A stretch of DNA of 64,000 nt from the human T2T-CHM13v2.0 reference genome, Homo sapiens, in the NCBI RefSeq assembly GCF_009914755.1, contig NC_060944.1; one strand, 5' to 3'. The notes beneath the pieces are model-generated. The model was not told where the DNA came from, did no database searches, and saw only the letters and a list, made by a program, of their open reading frames with translations. Shown here piece after piece: positions 39,501 through 53,200 of the stretch (the stretch's first letter is position 1; each line of letters begins with the position of its first letter). A program made the translations under genes and the position numbers.

Positions 39501-42500
39501 CAGCAGCATTCTCAGAAACTTCTTTGTGATGTTTGCATTGAAGTCACAGAGTTGAACATTCCCTTTGAGAGAGCAGGTTTGAAACACGCCTTTTGTCATA
39601 TCTGGAAGTGTCCATTCGGAGCGCATTCAGGCTTGTGTTGAAAAAGGAAATATCCTCCCATAAAAACTAGACAGAAGCATTCTCAGAAACTTATCTGTGA
39701 TGTATGTACTCAACTAACAGAACTAAACCATCGTTTTGAAGGAGCAGTTTTGAAACACTCTTTTTGCGGAATCTGCAAGTGGATATTTGGCTAGCTGGGA
39801 GGATTTCGTTGGAAACGGGATTACATACAAAAAGCAGACAGCAGCATTCTCAGAAACTTCTTTGTGATGTTTGCATTCAAGTCACAGAGTTGAACATTCC
39901 CTTTCATAGAGCAGGTTTGAAACACTCTTTTTGTAGTATCTGGATGTGGACATTTGGATCGCTTTCAGGCCTATGGTGAAAAAGGAAATATCTTCCCATG
40001 AAAACTAGACAGAAGCATTCTCAGAAACTTATTTGTGATGTGTGCCCTCAACTGACAGTGTTGAACCTTTGTTTTGATAGAGCAGTTCTGAAACACACTT
40101 TTTGTAAAATCTGCAAGAGGATATTTGGATAGCTTTGAGGATTTCGTTGGAAACGGGAATGTCTTCATGTAAACTCTAGACAGAAGCATTCTCAGAAACT
40201 GCTTTGGGATGTTTCAATTGAAGTCCCAGTGTTGAACATTCCCTTTCATAGAGCAGGTTTGAAACACTCTTTTTGTACTATCTGGAAGTGGACATTTGGA
40301 GCGCTTTCAGGTCTACGGTGAAAAAGGAGATATCTTCCAATAAAAACTAGATAGAAGCAATGTCAGAACTTTTTTCATGATGTATCTACTCAGCAAACAG
40401 AGTTGAACCTTTCTTTTGAGAGAGCAGTTTTGAAACACTCTTTTTGTGGAATATGCAAGTGGGTATTAGGCCAGCTTGGAGGATTTCGTTGGAAACGGGA
40501 ATACGTATAAAAAGCAGACAGCAGCATTGTCAGAAACTACTTTGTGATGTTTGCATTCAAGTCACAGAATTGAACACTCCCTTTCACAGAGCAGGTTTGA
40601 AACACTCTTTTTGTAGTGTCTGTAAGTGAACATTTGGATTGCTTTCAGGCCTAAGGTGAAAAAGGAAATATCTTCCCATAAAAACTAGACAGAAGCATTC
40701 TCAGAAACTTGTTTGTGATGTGTGCCCTCTACTGACAGAGTTGAACCTTTCTTTGCAAAGAGCAGTTTTGAAACACTCTTTTTGTAGAATCTGCAAGAGG
40801 ATATTTGGATAGCTTTGAGGATTTCTTGGGAAACGGGAATGTCTTCAGATAAACTCTAGACAGAAGCATTCTCAGAAACTTCTTTGGGATGTTTCAATTG
40901 AAGTCACAGTGTTGAACATTCCCTTTCACAGAGCAGGTTTGAAACACTCTTTTTGTAGTGTCTATAAGTGAACATTTGGCGTGCTTTCAGGCCTAACGTG
41001 AAAAAGGAAATATCTTCCCATAAAAACTAGACAGAAGCATTCTCAGAAACTTGTTCTTGATGTGTCCCCTCTACTGACAGAGTTGAACCTTTCTTTGCAA
41101 AGAGCAGCTTTGAAACACTCTTTTTGTAGAATCTGCAAGAGGATATTTGGATAGCTTGGAGGATTTCGTTGGAAACGGGTATGTCTTCAGATAAACTCTA
41201 GACAGAAGCATTCTCAGAAACTTCTTTGGGATGTTGCATTCAAGTCACAGAGTAGAACATTCCCATTCATAGAGCAGATTTGAAACACTCTTTTTGTGGT
41301 ATCTGGAAGTGGACATTTGGAGCGCTTTCAGGCCTATGTAGAAAAAGGAAATATCTTCCCATAAAAACTAGACGGAAGCATTCTCAGAAACTTATTTGTG
41401 ATGTGTTTGCTCAACTAACAGGATTGAACCATCGTTTTGAAGGAGCAGTTTTGAAACACTGTTTTCGTGGAATCTGCAAGTGGATATTTGGCTAGCTTTG
41501 AGGATTTCGTTGGAAACGGGATTACATATAAAAAGGAGACAGCAGCATTCTCAGAAACTTCTTTGTGATGTCTGCATTCAATTCACAGAGTTGAGCATTC
41601 CCTTTCATAGAGCAGGTTGGAAACACTCTTTTTGTAGTATCTGGATGAGGACATTTGGAGCGCTTTCAGGCGTATGGTGAAAAAGGAAATATCTTCCCGT
41701 AAAAACTAGACAGAAGCATTCTCAGAAGTTTATTTGTGATGTGTGCCCTCAACTAACAGAGTTGAACCTTTCTTTTGATAGAGCAGTTTTGAAACACTCT
41801 TTTTGTAAAATCTGCAAGAGGATATTTGGATAGCTTTGAGGATTTCGTTGCAAACGGGAATGGCTTCATATAAACTCTAGACAGAAGCATTCTCAGAAAC
41901 TTCGTTGGGATGTTTCGATTGAAGTCCCAGTGTTGAACATTCCCTTTTATAGAGCAGGTTGGAAACACTCTTTCTGCATTCCCTGGAAGTGGACATTTGG
42001 AGCGCTTTCAGGACGACGGTGAAAATGGAAATATCTTCCAAGAAAATCTAGATAGAAGCAATGTCAGAAACTTTTATGTGATGGATCTACTCAGCTAACA
42101 GAGTTGAACCTTTCTTTTGAGAGAGCAGTTTTGCAACACTCTTTTTGTGGAATATGCAAGTGGATATTAGGGCAGCTTTGAGGATTTCGTTGGAAACGGG
42201 AATACATGTAAAAAGCAGACAGCAGCATTCTCAGAAACTTCTTTGTGATGTTTGCATTGAAGTCACAGAGTTGAACATTCCCTTTGAGAGAGCAGGTTTG
42301 AAACACGCCTTTTGTCATATCTGGAAGTGTCCATTCGGAGCGCATTCAGGCTTGTGTTGAAAAAGGAAATATCCTCCCATAAAAACTAGACAGAAGCATT
42401 CTCAGAAACTTATCTGTGATGTATGTACTCAACTAACAGAACTAAACCATCGTTTTGAAGGAGCAGTTTTGAAACACTCTTTTTGCGGAATCTGCAAGTG

Positions 42501-44188
42501 GATATTTGGCTAGCTGGGAGGATTTCGTTGGAAACGGGATTACATACAAAAAGCAGAGAGCAGCATTCTCAGAAACTTCTTTGTGATGTTTGCATTCAAG
42601 TCACAGAGTTGAACATTCCCTTTCATAGAGCAGGTTTGAAACACTCTTTTTGTAGTATCTGGATGTGGACATTTGGATCGCTTTCAGGCCTATGGTGAAA
42701 AAGGAAATATCTTCCCATGAAGACTAGACAGAAGCATTCTCAGAAACTTATTTGTGATGTGTGCCCTCAACTGACAGTGTTGAACCTTTGTTTTGATAGA
42801 GCAGTTCTGAAACACACTTTTTGTAAAATCTGCAAGAGGATATTTGGATAGCTTTGAGGATTTCGTTGGAAACGGGAATGTCTTCATGTAAACTCTAGAC
42901 AGAAGCATTCTCAGAAACTGCTTTGGGATGTTTCAATTGAAGTCCCAGTGTTGAACATTCCCTTTCATAGAGCAGGTTTGAAACACTCTTTTTGTACTAT
43001 CTGGAAGTGGACATTTGGAGCGCTTTCAGGTCTACGGTGAAAAAGGAGATATCTTCCAATAAAAACTAGATAGAAGCAATGTCAGAACTTTTTTCATGAT
43101 GTATCTACTCAGCAAACAGAGTTGAACCTTTCTTTTGAGAGAGCAGTTTTGAAACACTCTTTTTGTGGAATATGCAAGTGGGTATTAGGCCAGCTTGGAG
43201 GATTTCGTTGGAAACGGGAATACGTATAAAAAGCAGACAGCAGCATTGTCAGAAACTACTTTGTGATGTTTGCATTCAAGTCACAGAATTGAACACTCCC
43301 TTTCACAGAGCAGGTTTGAAACACTCTTTTTGTAGTGTCTGTAAGTGAACATTTGGATTGCTTTCAGGCCTAACGTGAAAAAGGAAATATCTTCCCATAA
43401 AAACTAGACAGAAGCATTCTCAGAAACTTGTTTGTGATGTGTGCCCTCTACTGACAGAGTTGAACCTTTCTTTGCAAAGAGCAGTTTTGAAACACTCTTT
43501 TTGTAGAATCTGCAAGAGGATATTTGGATAGCTTTGAGGATTTCTTGGGAAACGGGAATGTCTTCAGATAAACTCTAGACAGAAGCATTCTCAGAAACTT
43601 CTTTGGGATGTTTCAATTGAAGTCACAGTGTTGAACATTCCCTTTCACAGAGCAGGTTTGAAACACTCTTTTTGTAGTGTCTATAAGTGAACATTTGGCG
43701 TGCTTTCAGGCCTAACGTGAAAAAGGAAATATCTTCCCATAAAAACTAGACAGAAGCATTCTCAGAAACTTGTTCTTGATGTGTCCCCTCTACTGACAGA
43801 GTTGAACCTTTCTTTGCAAAGAGCAGCTTTGAAACACTCTTTTTGTAGAATCTGCAAGAGGATATTTGGATAGCTTGGAGGATTTCGTTGGAAACGGGTA
43901 TCTCTTCAGATAAACTCTAGACAGAAGCATTCTCAGAAACTTCTTTGGGATGTTGCATTCAAGTCACAGAGTAGAACATTCCCATTCATAGAGCAGATTT
44001 GAAACACTCTTTTTGTAGTATCTGGAAGTGGACATTTGGAGCGCTTTCAGGCCTATGTTGAAAAAGGAAATATCTTCCCATAAAAACTAGACGGAAGCAT
44101 TCTCAGAAACTTATTTGTGATGTGTTTGCTCAACTAACAGGATTGAACCATCGTTTTGAAGGAGCAGTTTTGAAACACTGTTTTCGTG
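30594..44188 (+). repeat. Five canonical 16-mer HOR units U12-U16
   Basis: Constant 2,719 bp spacing of the marker ORF from 30604 to 44199. Confidence 0.96.
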
Positions 44189-47100
44189 GAATCTGCAAGT
44201 GGATATTTGGCTAGCTTTGAGGATTTCGTTGGAAACGGGATTACATATAAAAAGGAGACAGCAGCATTCTCAGAAACTTCTTTGTGATGTCTGCATTCAA
44301 TTCACAGAGTTGAGCATTCCCTTTCATAGAGCAGGTTGGAAACACTCTTTTTGTAGTATCTGGATGAGGACATTTGGAGCGCTTTCAGGCGTATGGTGAA
44401 AAAGGAAATATCTTCCCGTAAAAACTAGACAGAAGCATTCTCAGAAGTTTATTTGTGATGTGTGCCCTCAACTAACAGAGTTGAACCTTTCTTTTGATAG
44501 AGCAGTTTTGAAACACTCTTTTTGTAAAATCTGCAAGAGGATATTTGGATAGCTTTGAGGATTTCGTTGCAAACGGGAATGGCTTCATATAAACTCTAGA
44601 CAGAAGCATTCTCAGAAACTTCGTTGGGATGTTTCGATTGAAGTCCCAGTGTTGAACATTCCCTTTTATAGAGCAGGTTGGAAACACTCTTTCTGCATTC
44701 CCTGGAAGTGGACATTTGGAGCGCTTTCAGGACGACGGTGAAAATGGAAATATCTTCCAAGAAAATCTAGATAGAAGCAATGTCAGAAACTTTTATGTGA
44801 TGGATCTACTCAGCTAACAGAGTTGAACCTTTCTTTTGAGAGAGCAGTTTTGCAACACTCTTTTTGTGGAATATGCAAGTGGATATTAGGGCAGCTTTGA
44901 GGATTTCGTTGGAAACGGGAATACATGTAAAAAGCAGACAGCAGCATTCTCAGAAACTTCTTTGTGATGTTTGCATTGAAGTCACAGAGTTGAACATTCC
45001 CTTTGAGAGAGCAGGTTTGAAACACGCCTTTTGTCATATCTGGAAGTGTCCATTCGGAGCGCATTCAGGCTTGTGTTGAAAAAGGAAATATCCTCCCATA
45101 AAAACTAGACAGAAGCATTCTCAGAAACTTATCTGTGATGTATGTACTCAACTAACAGAACTAAACCATCGTTTTGAAGGAGCAGTTTTGAAACACTCTT
45201 TTTGCGGAATCTGCAAGTGGATATTTGGCTAGCTGGGAGGATTTCGTTGGAAACGGGATTACATACAAAAAGCAGACAGCAGCATTCTCAGAAACTTCTT
45301 TGTGATGTTTGCATTCAAGTCACAGAGTTGAACATTCCCTTTCATAGAGCAGGTTTGAAACACTCTTTTTGTAGTATCTGGATGTGGACATTTGGATCGC
45401 TTTCAGGCCTATGGTGAAAAAGGAAATATCTTCCCATGAAAACTAGACAGAAGCATTCTCAGAAACTTATTCGTGATGTGTGCCCTCAACTGACAGTGTT
45501 GAACCTTTGTTTTGATAGAGCAGTTCTGAAACACACTTTTTGTAAAATCTGTAAGAGGATATTTGGATAGCTTTGAGGATTTCGTTGGAAACGGGAATGT
45601 CTTCATGTAAACTCTAGACAGAAGCATTCTCAGAAACTGCTTTGGGATGTTTCAATTGAAGTCCCAGTGTTGAACATTCCCATTCATAGAGCAGGTTTGA
45701 AACACTCTTTTTCTACTATCTGGAAGTGGACATTTGGAGCGCTTTCAGGTCTACGGTGAAAAAGGAGATATCTTCCAATAAAAACTAGATAGAAGCAATG
45801 TCAGAACTTTTTTCATGATGTATCTACTCAGCAAACAGAGTTGAACCTTTCTTTTGAGAGAGCAGTTTTGAAACACTCTTTTTGTGGAATATGCAAGTGG
45901 GTATTAGGCCAGCTTGGAGGATTTCGTTGGAAACGGGAATACGTATAAAAAGCAGACAGCAGCATTGTCAGAAACTACTTTGTGATGTTTGCATTCAAGT
46001 CACAGAATTGAACACTCCCTTTCACAGAGCAGGTTTGAAACACTCTTTTTGTAGTGTCTGTAAGTGAACATTTGGATTGCTTTCAGGCCTAAGGTGAAAA
46101 AGGAAATATCTTCCCATAAAAACTAGACAGAAGCATTCTCAGAAACTTGTTTGTGATGTGTGCCCTCTACTGACAGAGTTGAACCTTTCTTTGCAAAGAG
46201 CAGTTTTGAAACACTCTTTTTGTAGAATCTGCAAGAGGATATTTGGATAGCTTTGAGGATTTCTTGGGAAACGGGAATGTCTTCAGATAAACTCTAGACA
46301 GAAGCATTCTCAGAAACTTCTTTGGGATGTTTCAATTGAAGTCACAGTGTTGAACATTCCCTTTCACAGAGCAGGTTTGAAACACTCTTTTTGTAGTGTC
46401 TATAAGTGAACATTTGGCGTGCTTTCAGGCCTAACGTGAAAAAGGAAATATCTTCCCATAAAAACTAGACAGAAGCATTCTCAGAAACTTGTTCTTGATG
46501 TGTGCCCTCTACTGACAGAGTTGAACCTTTCTTTGCAAAGAGCAGTTTTGAAACACTCTTTTTGTAGAATCTGCAAGAGGATATTTGGATAGCTTTGAGG
46601 ATTTCTTGGGAAACGGGAATGTCTTCAGATAAACTCTAGACAGAAGCATTCTCAGAAACTTCTTTGGGATGTTTCAATTGAAGTCACAGTGTTGAACATT
46701 CCCTTTCACAGAGCAGGTTTGAAACACTCTTTTTGTAGTGTCTATAAGTGAACATTTGGCGTGCTTTCAGGCCTAACGTGAAAAAGGAAATATCTTCCCA
46801 TAAAAACTAGACAGAAGCATTCTCAGAAACTTGTTCTTGATGTGTCCCCTCTACTGACAGAGTTGAACCTTTCTTTGCAAAGAGCAGCTTTGAAACACTC
46901 TTTTTGTAGAATCTGCAAGAGGATATTTGGATAGCTTGGAGGATTTCGTTGGAAACGGGTATGTCTTCAGATAAACTCTAGACAGAAGCATTCTCAGAAA
47001 CTTCTTTGGGATGTTGCATTCAAGTCACAGAGTAGAACATTCCCATTCATAGAGCAGATTTGAAACACTCTTTTTGTAGTATCTGGAAGTGGACATTTGG

Positions 47101-47249
47101 AGCGCTTTCAGGCCTATGTTGAAAAAGGAAATATCTTCCCATAAAAACTAGACGGAAGCATTCTCAGAAACTTATTTGTGATGTGTTTGCTCAACTAACA
47201 GGATTGAACCATCGTTTTGAAGGAGCAGTTTTGAAACACTGTTTTCGTG
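44189..47249 (+). repeat. HOR unit U17, 18-mer variant
   Basis: Spacing 44199 to 47260 is 3,061 bp; extra dimer at 46476-46817. Confidence 0.95.
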
Positions 47250-50200
47250 GAATCTGCAAGTGGATATTTGGCTAGCTTTGAGGATTTCGTTGGAAACGGG
47301 ATTACATATAAAAAGGAGACAGCAGCATTCTCAGAAACTTCTTTGTGATGTCTGCATTCAATTCACAGAGTTGAGCATTCCCTTTCATAGAGCAGGTTGG
47401 AAACACTCTTTTTGTAGTATCTGGATGAGGACATTTGGAGCGCTTTCAGGCGTATGGTGAAAAAGGAAATATCTTCCCGTAAAAACTAGACAGAAGCATT
47501 CTCAGAAGTTTATTTGTGATGTGTGCCTTCAACTAACAGAGTTGAACCTTTCTTTTGATAGAGCAGTTTTGAAACACTCTTTTTGTAAAATCTGCAAGAG
47601 GATATTTGGATAGCTTTGAGGATTTCGTTGCAAACGGGAATGGCTTCATATAAACTCTAGACAGAAGCATTCTCAGAAACTTCGTTGGGATGTTTCGATT
47701 GAAGTCCCAGTGTTGAACATTCCCTTTTATAGAGCAGGTTGGAAACACTCTTTCTGCATTCCCTGGAAGTGGACATTTGGAGCGCTTTCAGGACGACGGT
47801 GAAAATGGAAATATCTTCCAATAAAATCTAGATAGAAGCAACGTCAGAAACTTTTATGTGATGGATCTACTCAGCTAACAGAGTTGAACCTTTCTTTTGA
47901 GAGAGCAGTTTTGCAACACTCTTTTTGTGGAATATGCAAGTGGATATTAGGGCAGCTTTGAGGATTTCGTTGGAAACGGGAATACATGTAAAAAGCAGAC
48001 AGCAGCATTCTCAGAAACTTCTTTGTGATGTTTGCATTGAAGTCACAGAGTTGAACATTCCCTTTGAGAGAGCAGGTTTGAAACACGCCTTTTGTCATAT
48101 CTGGAAGTGTCCATTCGGAGCGCATTCAGGCTTGTGTTGAAACAGGAAATATCCTCCCATAAAAACTAGACAGAAGCATTCTCAGAAACTTATTTGTGAT
48201 GTATGTACTCAACTAACAGAACTAAACCATCGTTTTGAAGGAGCAGTTTTGAAACACTCTTTTTGCGGAATCTGCAAGTGGATATTTGGCTAGCTGGGAG
48301 GATTTCGTTGGAAACGGGATTACATACAAAAAGCAGACAGCAGCATTCTCAGAAACTTCTTTGTGATGTTTGCATTCAAGTCACAGAGTTGAACATTCCC
48401 TTTCATAGAGCAGGTTTGAAACACTCTTTTTGTAGTATCTGGATGTGGACATTTTGATCGCTTTCAGGCCTATGGTGAAAAAGGAAATATCTTCCCATGA
48501 AAACTAGACAGAAGCATTCTCAGAAACTTATTTGTGATGTGTGCCCTCAACTGACAGTGTTGAACCTTTGTTTTGATAGAGCAGTTCTGAAACACACTTT
48601 TTGTAAAATCTGCAAGAGGATATTTGGATAGCTTTGAGGATTTCGTTGGAAACGGGAATGTCTTCATGTAAACTCTAGACAGAAGCATTCTCAGAAACTG
48701 CTTTGGGATGTTTCAATTGAAGTCCCAGTGTTGAACATTCCCATTCATAGAGCAGGTTTGAAACACTCTTTTTGTACTATCTGGAAGTGGACATTTGGAG
48801 CGCTTTCAGGTCTACGGTGAAAAAGGAGATATCTTCCAATAAAAACTAGATAGAAGCAATGTCAGAACTCTTTTCATGATGTATCTACTCAGCAAACAGA
48901 GTTGAACCTTTCTTTTGAGAGAGCAGTTTTGAAACACTCTTTTTGTGGAATATGCAAGTGGGTATTAGGCCAGCTTGGAGGATTTCGTTGGAAACGGGAA
49001 TACGTATAAAAAGCAGACAGCAGCATTGTCAGAAACTACTTTGTGATGTTTGCATTCAAGTCACAGAATTGAACACTCCCTTTCACAGAGCAGGTTTGAA
49101 ACACTCTTTTTGTAGTGTCTGTAAGTGAACATTTGGATTGCTTTCAGGCCTAAGGTGAAAAAGGAAATATCTTCCCATAAAAACTAGACAGAAGCATTCT
49201 CAGAAACTTGTTTGTGATGTGTGCCCTCTACTGACAGAGTTGAACCTTTCTTTGCAAAGAGCAGTTTTGAAACACTCTTTTTGTAGAATCTGCAAGAGGA
49301 TATTTGGATAGCTTTGAGGATTTCTTGGGAAACGGGAATGTCTTCAGATAAACTCTAGACAGAAGCATTCTCAGAAACTTCTTTGGGATGTTTCAATTGA
49401 AGTCACAGTGTTGAACATTCCCTTTCACAGAGCAGGTTTGAAACACTCTTTTTGTAGTGTCTATAAGTGAACATTTGGCGTGCTTTCAGGCCTAACGTGA
49501 AAAAGGAAATATCTTCCCATAAAAACTAGACAGAAGCATTCTCAGAAACTTGTTCTTGATGTGTCCCCTCTACTGACAGAGTTGAACCTTTCTTTGCAAA
49601 GAGCAGCTTTGAAACACTCTTTTTGTAGAATCTGCAAGAGGATATTTGGATAGCTTGGAGGATTTCGTTGGAAACGGGTATGTCTTCAGATAAACTCTAG
49701 ACAGAAGCATTCTCAGAAACTTCTTTGGGATGTTGCATTCAAGTCACAGAGTAGAACATTCCCATTCATAGAGCAGATTTGAAACACTCTTTTTGTAGTA
49801 TCTGGAAGTGGACATTTGGAGCGCTTTCAGGCCTATGTTGAAAAAGGAAATATCTTCCCATAAAAACTAGACGGAAGCATTCTCAGAAACTTATTTGTGA
49901 TGTGTTTGCTCAACTAACAGGATTGAACCATCGTTTTGAAGGAGCAGTTTTGAAACACTGTTTTCGTGGAATCTGCAAGTGGATATTTGGCTAGCTTTGA
50001 GGATTTCGTTGGAAACGGGATTACATATAAAAAGGAGACAGCAGCATTCTCAGAAACTTCTTTGTGATGTCTGCATTCAATTCACAGAGTTGAGCATTCC
50101 CTTTCATAGAGCAGGTTGGAAACACTCTTTTTGTAGTATCTGGATGAGGACATTTGGAGCGCTTTCAGGCGTATGGTGAAAAAGGAAATATCTTCCCGTA

Positions 50201-53200
50201 AAAACTAGACAGAAGCATTCTCAGAAGTTTATTTGTGATGTGTGCCCTCAACTAACAGAGTTGAACCTTTCTTTTGATAGAGCAGTTTTGAAACACTCTT
50301 TTTGTAAAATCTGCAAGAGGATATTTGGATAGCTTTGAGGATTTCGTTGCAAACGGGAATGGCTTCATATAAACTCTAGACAGAAGCATTCTCAGAAACT
50401 TCGTTGGGATGTTTCGATTGAAGTCCCAGTGTTGAACATTCCCTTTTATAGAGCAGGTTGGAAACACTCTTTCTGCATTCCCTGGAAGTGGACATTTGGA
50501 GCGCTTTCAGGACGACGGTGAAAATGGAAATATCTTCCAAGAAAATCTAGATAGAAGCAACGTCAGAAACTTTTATGTGATGGATCTACTCAGCTAACAG
50601 AGTTGAACCTTTCTTTTGAGAGAGCAGTTTTGCAACACTCTTTTTGTGGAATATGCAAGTGGATATTAGGGCAGCTTTGAGGATTTCGTTGGAAACGGGA
50701 ATACATGTAAAAAGCAGACAGCAGCATTCTCAGAAACTTCTTTGTGATGTTTGCATTGAAGTCACAGAGTTGAACATTCCCTTTGAGACAGCAGGTTTGA
50801 AACACGCCTTTTGTCATATCTGGAAGTGTCCATTCGGAGCGCATTCAGGCTTGTGTTGAAACAGGAAATATCCTCCCATAAAAACTAGACAGAAGCATTC
50901 TCAGAAACTTATTTGTGATGTATGTACTCAACTAACAGAACTAAACCATCGTTTTGAAGGAGCAGTTTTGAAACACTCTTTTTGCGGAATCTGCAAGTGG
51001 ATATTTGGCTAGCTGGGAGGATTTCGTTGGAAACGGGATTACATACAAAAAGCAGACAGCAGCATTCTCAGAAACTTCTTTGTGATGTTTGCATTCAAGT
51101 CACAGAGTTGAACATTCCCTTTCATAGAGCAGGTTTGAAACACTCTTTTTGTAGTATCTGGATGTGGACATTTGGATCGCTTTCAGGCCTATGGTGAAAA
51201 AGGAAATATCTTCCCATGAAAACTAGACAGAAGCATTCTCAGAAACTTATTTGTGATGTGTGCCCTCAACTGACAGTGTTGAACCTTTGTTTTGATAGAG
51301 CAGTTCTGAAACACACTTTTTGTAAAATCTGCAAGAGGATATTTGGATAGCTTTGAGGATTTCGTTGGAAACGGGAATGTCTTCATGTAAACTCTAGACA
51401 GAAGCATTCTCAGAAACTGCTTTGGGATGTTTCAATTGAAGTCCCAGTGTTGAACATTCCCATTCATAGAGCAGGTTTGAAACACTCTTTTTGTACTATC
51501 TGGAAGTGGACATTTGGAGCGCTTTCAGGTCTACGGTGAAAAAGGAGATATCTTCCAATAAAAACTAGATAGAAGCAATGTCAGAACTCTTTTCATGATG
51601 TATCTACTCAGCAAACAGAGTTGAACCTTTCTTTTGAGAGAGCAGTTTTGAAACACTCTTTTTGTGGAATATGCAAGTGGGTATTAGGCCAGCTTGGAGG
51701 ATTTCGTTGGAAACGGGAATACGTATAAAAAGCAGACAGCAGCATTGTCAGAAACTACTTTGTGATGTTTGCATTCAAGTCACAGAATTGAACACTCCCT
51801 TTCACAGAGCAGGTTTGAAACACTCTTTTTGTAGTGTCTGTAAGTGAACATTTGGATTGCTTTCAGGCCTAAGGTGAAAAAGGAAATATCTTCCCATAAA
51901 AACTAGACAGAAGCATTCTCAGAAACTTGTTTGTGATGTGTGCCCTCTACTGACAGAGTTGAACCTTTCTTTGCAAAGAGCAGTTTTGAAACACTCTTTT
52001 TGTAGAATCTGCAAGAGGATATTTGGATAGCTTTGAGGATTTCTTGGGAAACGGGAATGTCTTCAGATAAACTCTAGACAGAAGCATTCTCAGAAACTTC
52101 TTTGGGATGTTTCAATTGAAGTCACAGTGTTGAACATTCCCTTTCACAGAGCAGGTTTGAAACACTCTTTTTGTAGTGTCTATAAGTGAACATTTGGCGT
52201 GCTTTCAGGCCTAACGTGAAAAAGGAAATATCTTCCCATAAAAACTAGACAGAAGCATTCTCAGAAACTTGTTCTTGATGTGTCCCCTCTACTGACAGAG
52301 TTGAACCTTTCTTTGCAAAGAGCAGCTTTGAAACACTCTTTTTGTAGAATCTGCAAGAGGATATTTGGATAGCTTGGAGGATTTCGTTGGAAACGGGTAT
52401 GTCTTCAGATAAACTCTAGACAGAAGCATTCTCAGAAACTTCTTTGGGATGTTGCATTCAAGTCACAGAGTAGAACATTCCCATTCATAGAGCAGATTTG
52501 AAACACTCTTTTTGTAGTATCTGGAAGTGGACATTTGGAGCGCTTTCAGGCCTATGTTGAAAAAGGAAATATCTTCCCATAAAAACTAGACGGAAGCATT
52601 CTCAGAAACTTATTTGTGATGTGTTTGCTCAACTAACAGGATTGAACCATCGTTTTGAAGGAGCAGTTTTGAAACACTGTTTTCGTGGAATCTGCAAGTG
52701 GATATTTGGCTAGCTTTGAGGATTTCGTTGGAAACGGGATTACATATACAAAGGAGACAGCAGCATTCTCAGAAACTTCTTTGTGATGTCTGCATTCAAT
52801 TCACAGAGTTGAGCATTCCCTTTCATAGAGCAGGTTGGAAACACTCTTTTTGTAGTATCTGGATGAGGACATTTGGAGCACTTTCAGGCGTATGGTGAAA
52901 AAGGAAATATCTTCCCGTAAAAACTAGACAGAAGCATTCTCAGAAGTTTATTTGTGATGTGTGCCCTCAACTAACAGAGTTGAACCTTTCTTTTGATAGA
53001 GCAGTTTTGAAACACTCTTTTTGTAAAATCTGCAAGAGGATATTTGGATAGCTTTGAGGATTTCGTTGCAAACGGGAATGGCTTCATATAAACTCTAGAC
53101 AGAAGCATTCTCAGAAACTTCGTTGGGATGTTTCGATTGAAGTCCCAGTGTTGAACATTCCCTTTTATAGAGCAGGTTGGAAACACTCTTTCTGCATTCC

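Noticed and set aside
43371-43380. U16 monomer 11 reads CCTAACGTG like monomer 13 (possible micro-conversion)
   Set aside because: It is a single base change and cannot be distinguished from a point mutation.
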